A stretch of DNA of 64,000 nucleotides from NCBI GenBank assembly GCA_963749495.1, contig CAVVMW010000004.1, positions 512,001-576,000 of the forward strand, written 5' to 3'. This DNA is from an uncultured bacterium (GTDB taxonomy: Bacteria > Verrucomicrobiota > Verrucomicrobiia > Limisphaerales > UBA8199). The position numbers and the translations under genes are program-made. Shown piece after piece: positions 63,184-64,000 of the stretch; the first letter of the stretch is position 1; each line of letters opens with the position of its first letter. The notes beneath the pieces are model-generated. The model did not search any database and had not been told where the DNA came from. It saw nothing but the letters and a program-made list of their open reading frames with translations.

Positions 63184-63410
63184 TTAGAAAACTGGAACCC
63201 TCTCGAGCCTCCGGCCCGCCTCGACAACGAGATCCTCTCCCTGGGCCCAAATCTGGTCGTTCAGGAGCAGCTTGAACACGACCCTGTCCCTGGCTTGCCA
63301 GCTCGACCACACCCAGGTCGAGGCGTCCCTGCAATCAAGCGGTGTGCCCTTGTGCCAGCTTAGGCCGTCGCCCTGGCCGCGAATGAACACATGATTGCCG
63401 AATCCCTGTT
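63184..63410 (-). pseudogene. C-terminal fragment of a CBM20-like hypothetical protein
   Basis: GFGNHVFIRGQGDGLSW...FKLLLNDQIW. Confidence 0.5.
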
Positions 63411-63575
63411 TAATGGTCTGCCGACGCCATTCGCAGACTCGAGCCCGTTGGCTGGCCCTGACAAATGCCTGCGACCCACACGGCACGCACGGGCCGCGCT
63501 TGGGCAAGCAACTCCACAAGGCGCTGGATGATCGCGTCCTGGTCACCTCAGTCACTCGACCTGATCAGGTAATGG

Positions 63576-63872
63576 TCAGCGCCGAGCGCCAGAGCCATCC
63601 AACTGCTCGATATCGATGTAATGTTCCGGTCCGCTCGCGTGGGCCAGGCAGAGGTCGCGGACGTTGCGCCAGCAGTCCGGTTCTCCCGACAGGAAGGCAA
63701 TGCGCTCGGCGGCCTCTGGTGTCCGCAGAAAGCCCGGGCAGTTCGTGGGCAGGGATGCCAGCGCGAGTTGATTGATCAGACGGTGGACTTCGCAATCAAA
63801 GGCCCTCGCCGGGCAGAGGCCAAGCTGAAGCAACGCCCAGGCGGCTAAGAGTGCGGGAAGTTCTCTTTTCAT
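63576..63872 (-). pseudogene. S1/P1 nuclease-like protein, degenerate N-terminal fragment
   Basis: Signal peptide then AFDCEVHRLINQLAL...PDCWR...HYID. Confidence 0.55.
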
Positions 63873-63899
63873 AGCGGCGGTTCCGGGACCAGCTCCCCA

Positions 63900-64000
63900 T
63901 TATCGGCTCTTCCAGTCCCAGATGACATCCGACCGCTGAGGCTCGGTGGCCGGGTAACCCGGGAAATTGGTCAAAGATGAAATCTTGTAGTAGCTGGCGT
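63900..64000 (-). CDS. 3' end of a CDS extending beyond the window
   Basis: ASYYKISSLTNFPGYPATEPQRSDVIWDWKSR*. Confidence 0.4.
   Translation of the reverse strand, partial: ASYYKISSLTNFPGYPATEPQRSDVIWDWKSR

Overview
High-GC bacterial DNA. Gene content (prepilin/H-X9-DG proteins, extended ECF sigma factor, DUF1080, many glycosidases, dense REP-like palindromes) suggests Verrucomicrobiota/PVC; this is inference only. Left part (1-21 kb): carbohydrate-active and secreted proteins, plus a 2.17-kb group II intron (9766-11932, minus strand). The intron sits inside a REP-type palindrome next to a RAYT/IS200 transposase stub, and its candidate EBS1/EBS2 pair with the REP core. Middle (21.4-33.2 kb): a co-oriented restriction-like defence cassette (SNF2 helicase-DUF3883 nuclease, a large partner protein plus PIN toxin, DUF1156 adenine methyltransferase, truncated RhuM, DUF499 ATPase with 3x CxxCGxxPCxC repeats), bracketed by clusters of periodic inverted repeats and a ~220-bp direct repeat, with a DUF3631 remnant beside it. 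Right part (39-64 kb): a mosaic of intact genes (pyk, HPr, USP, efflux genes) and many truncated or fused fragments. Six otherwise intact-looking reading frames carry single +1 insertions, probably sequencing error. No CRISPR array, rRNA or intact tRNA was seen. All family assignments come from motif recognition by eye, not database searches.
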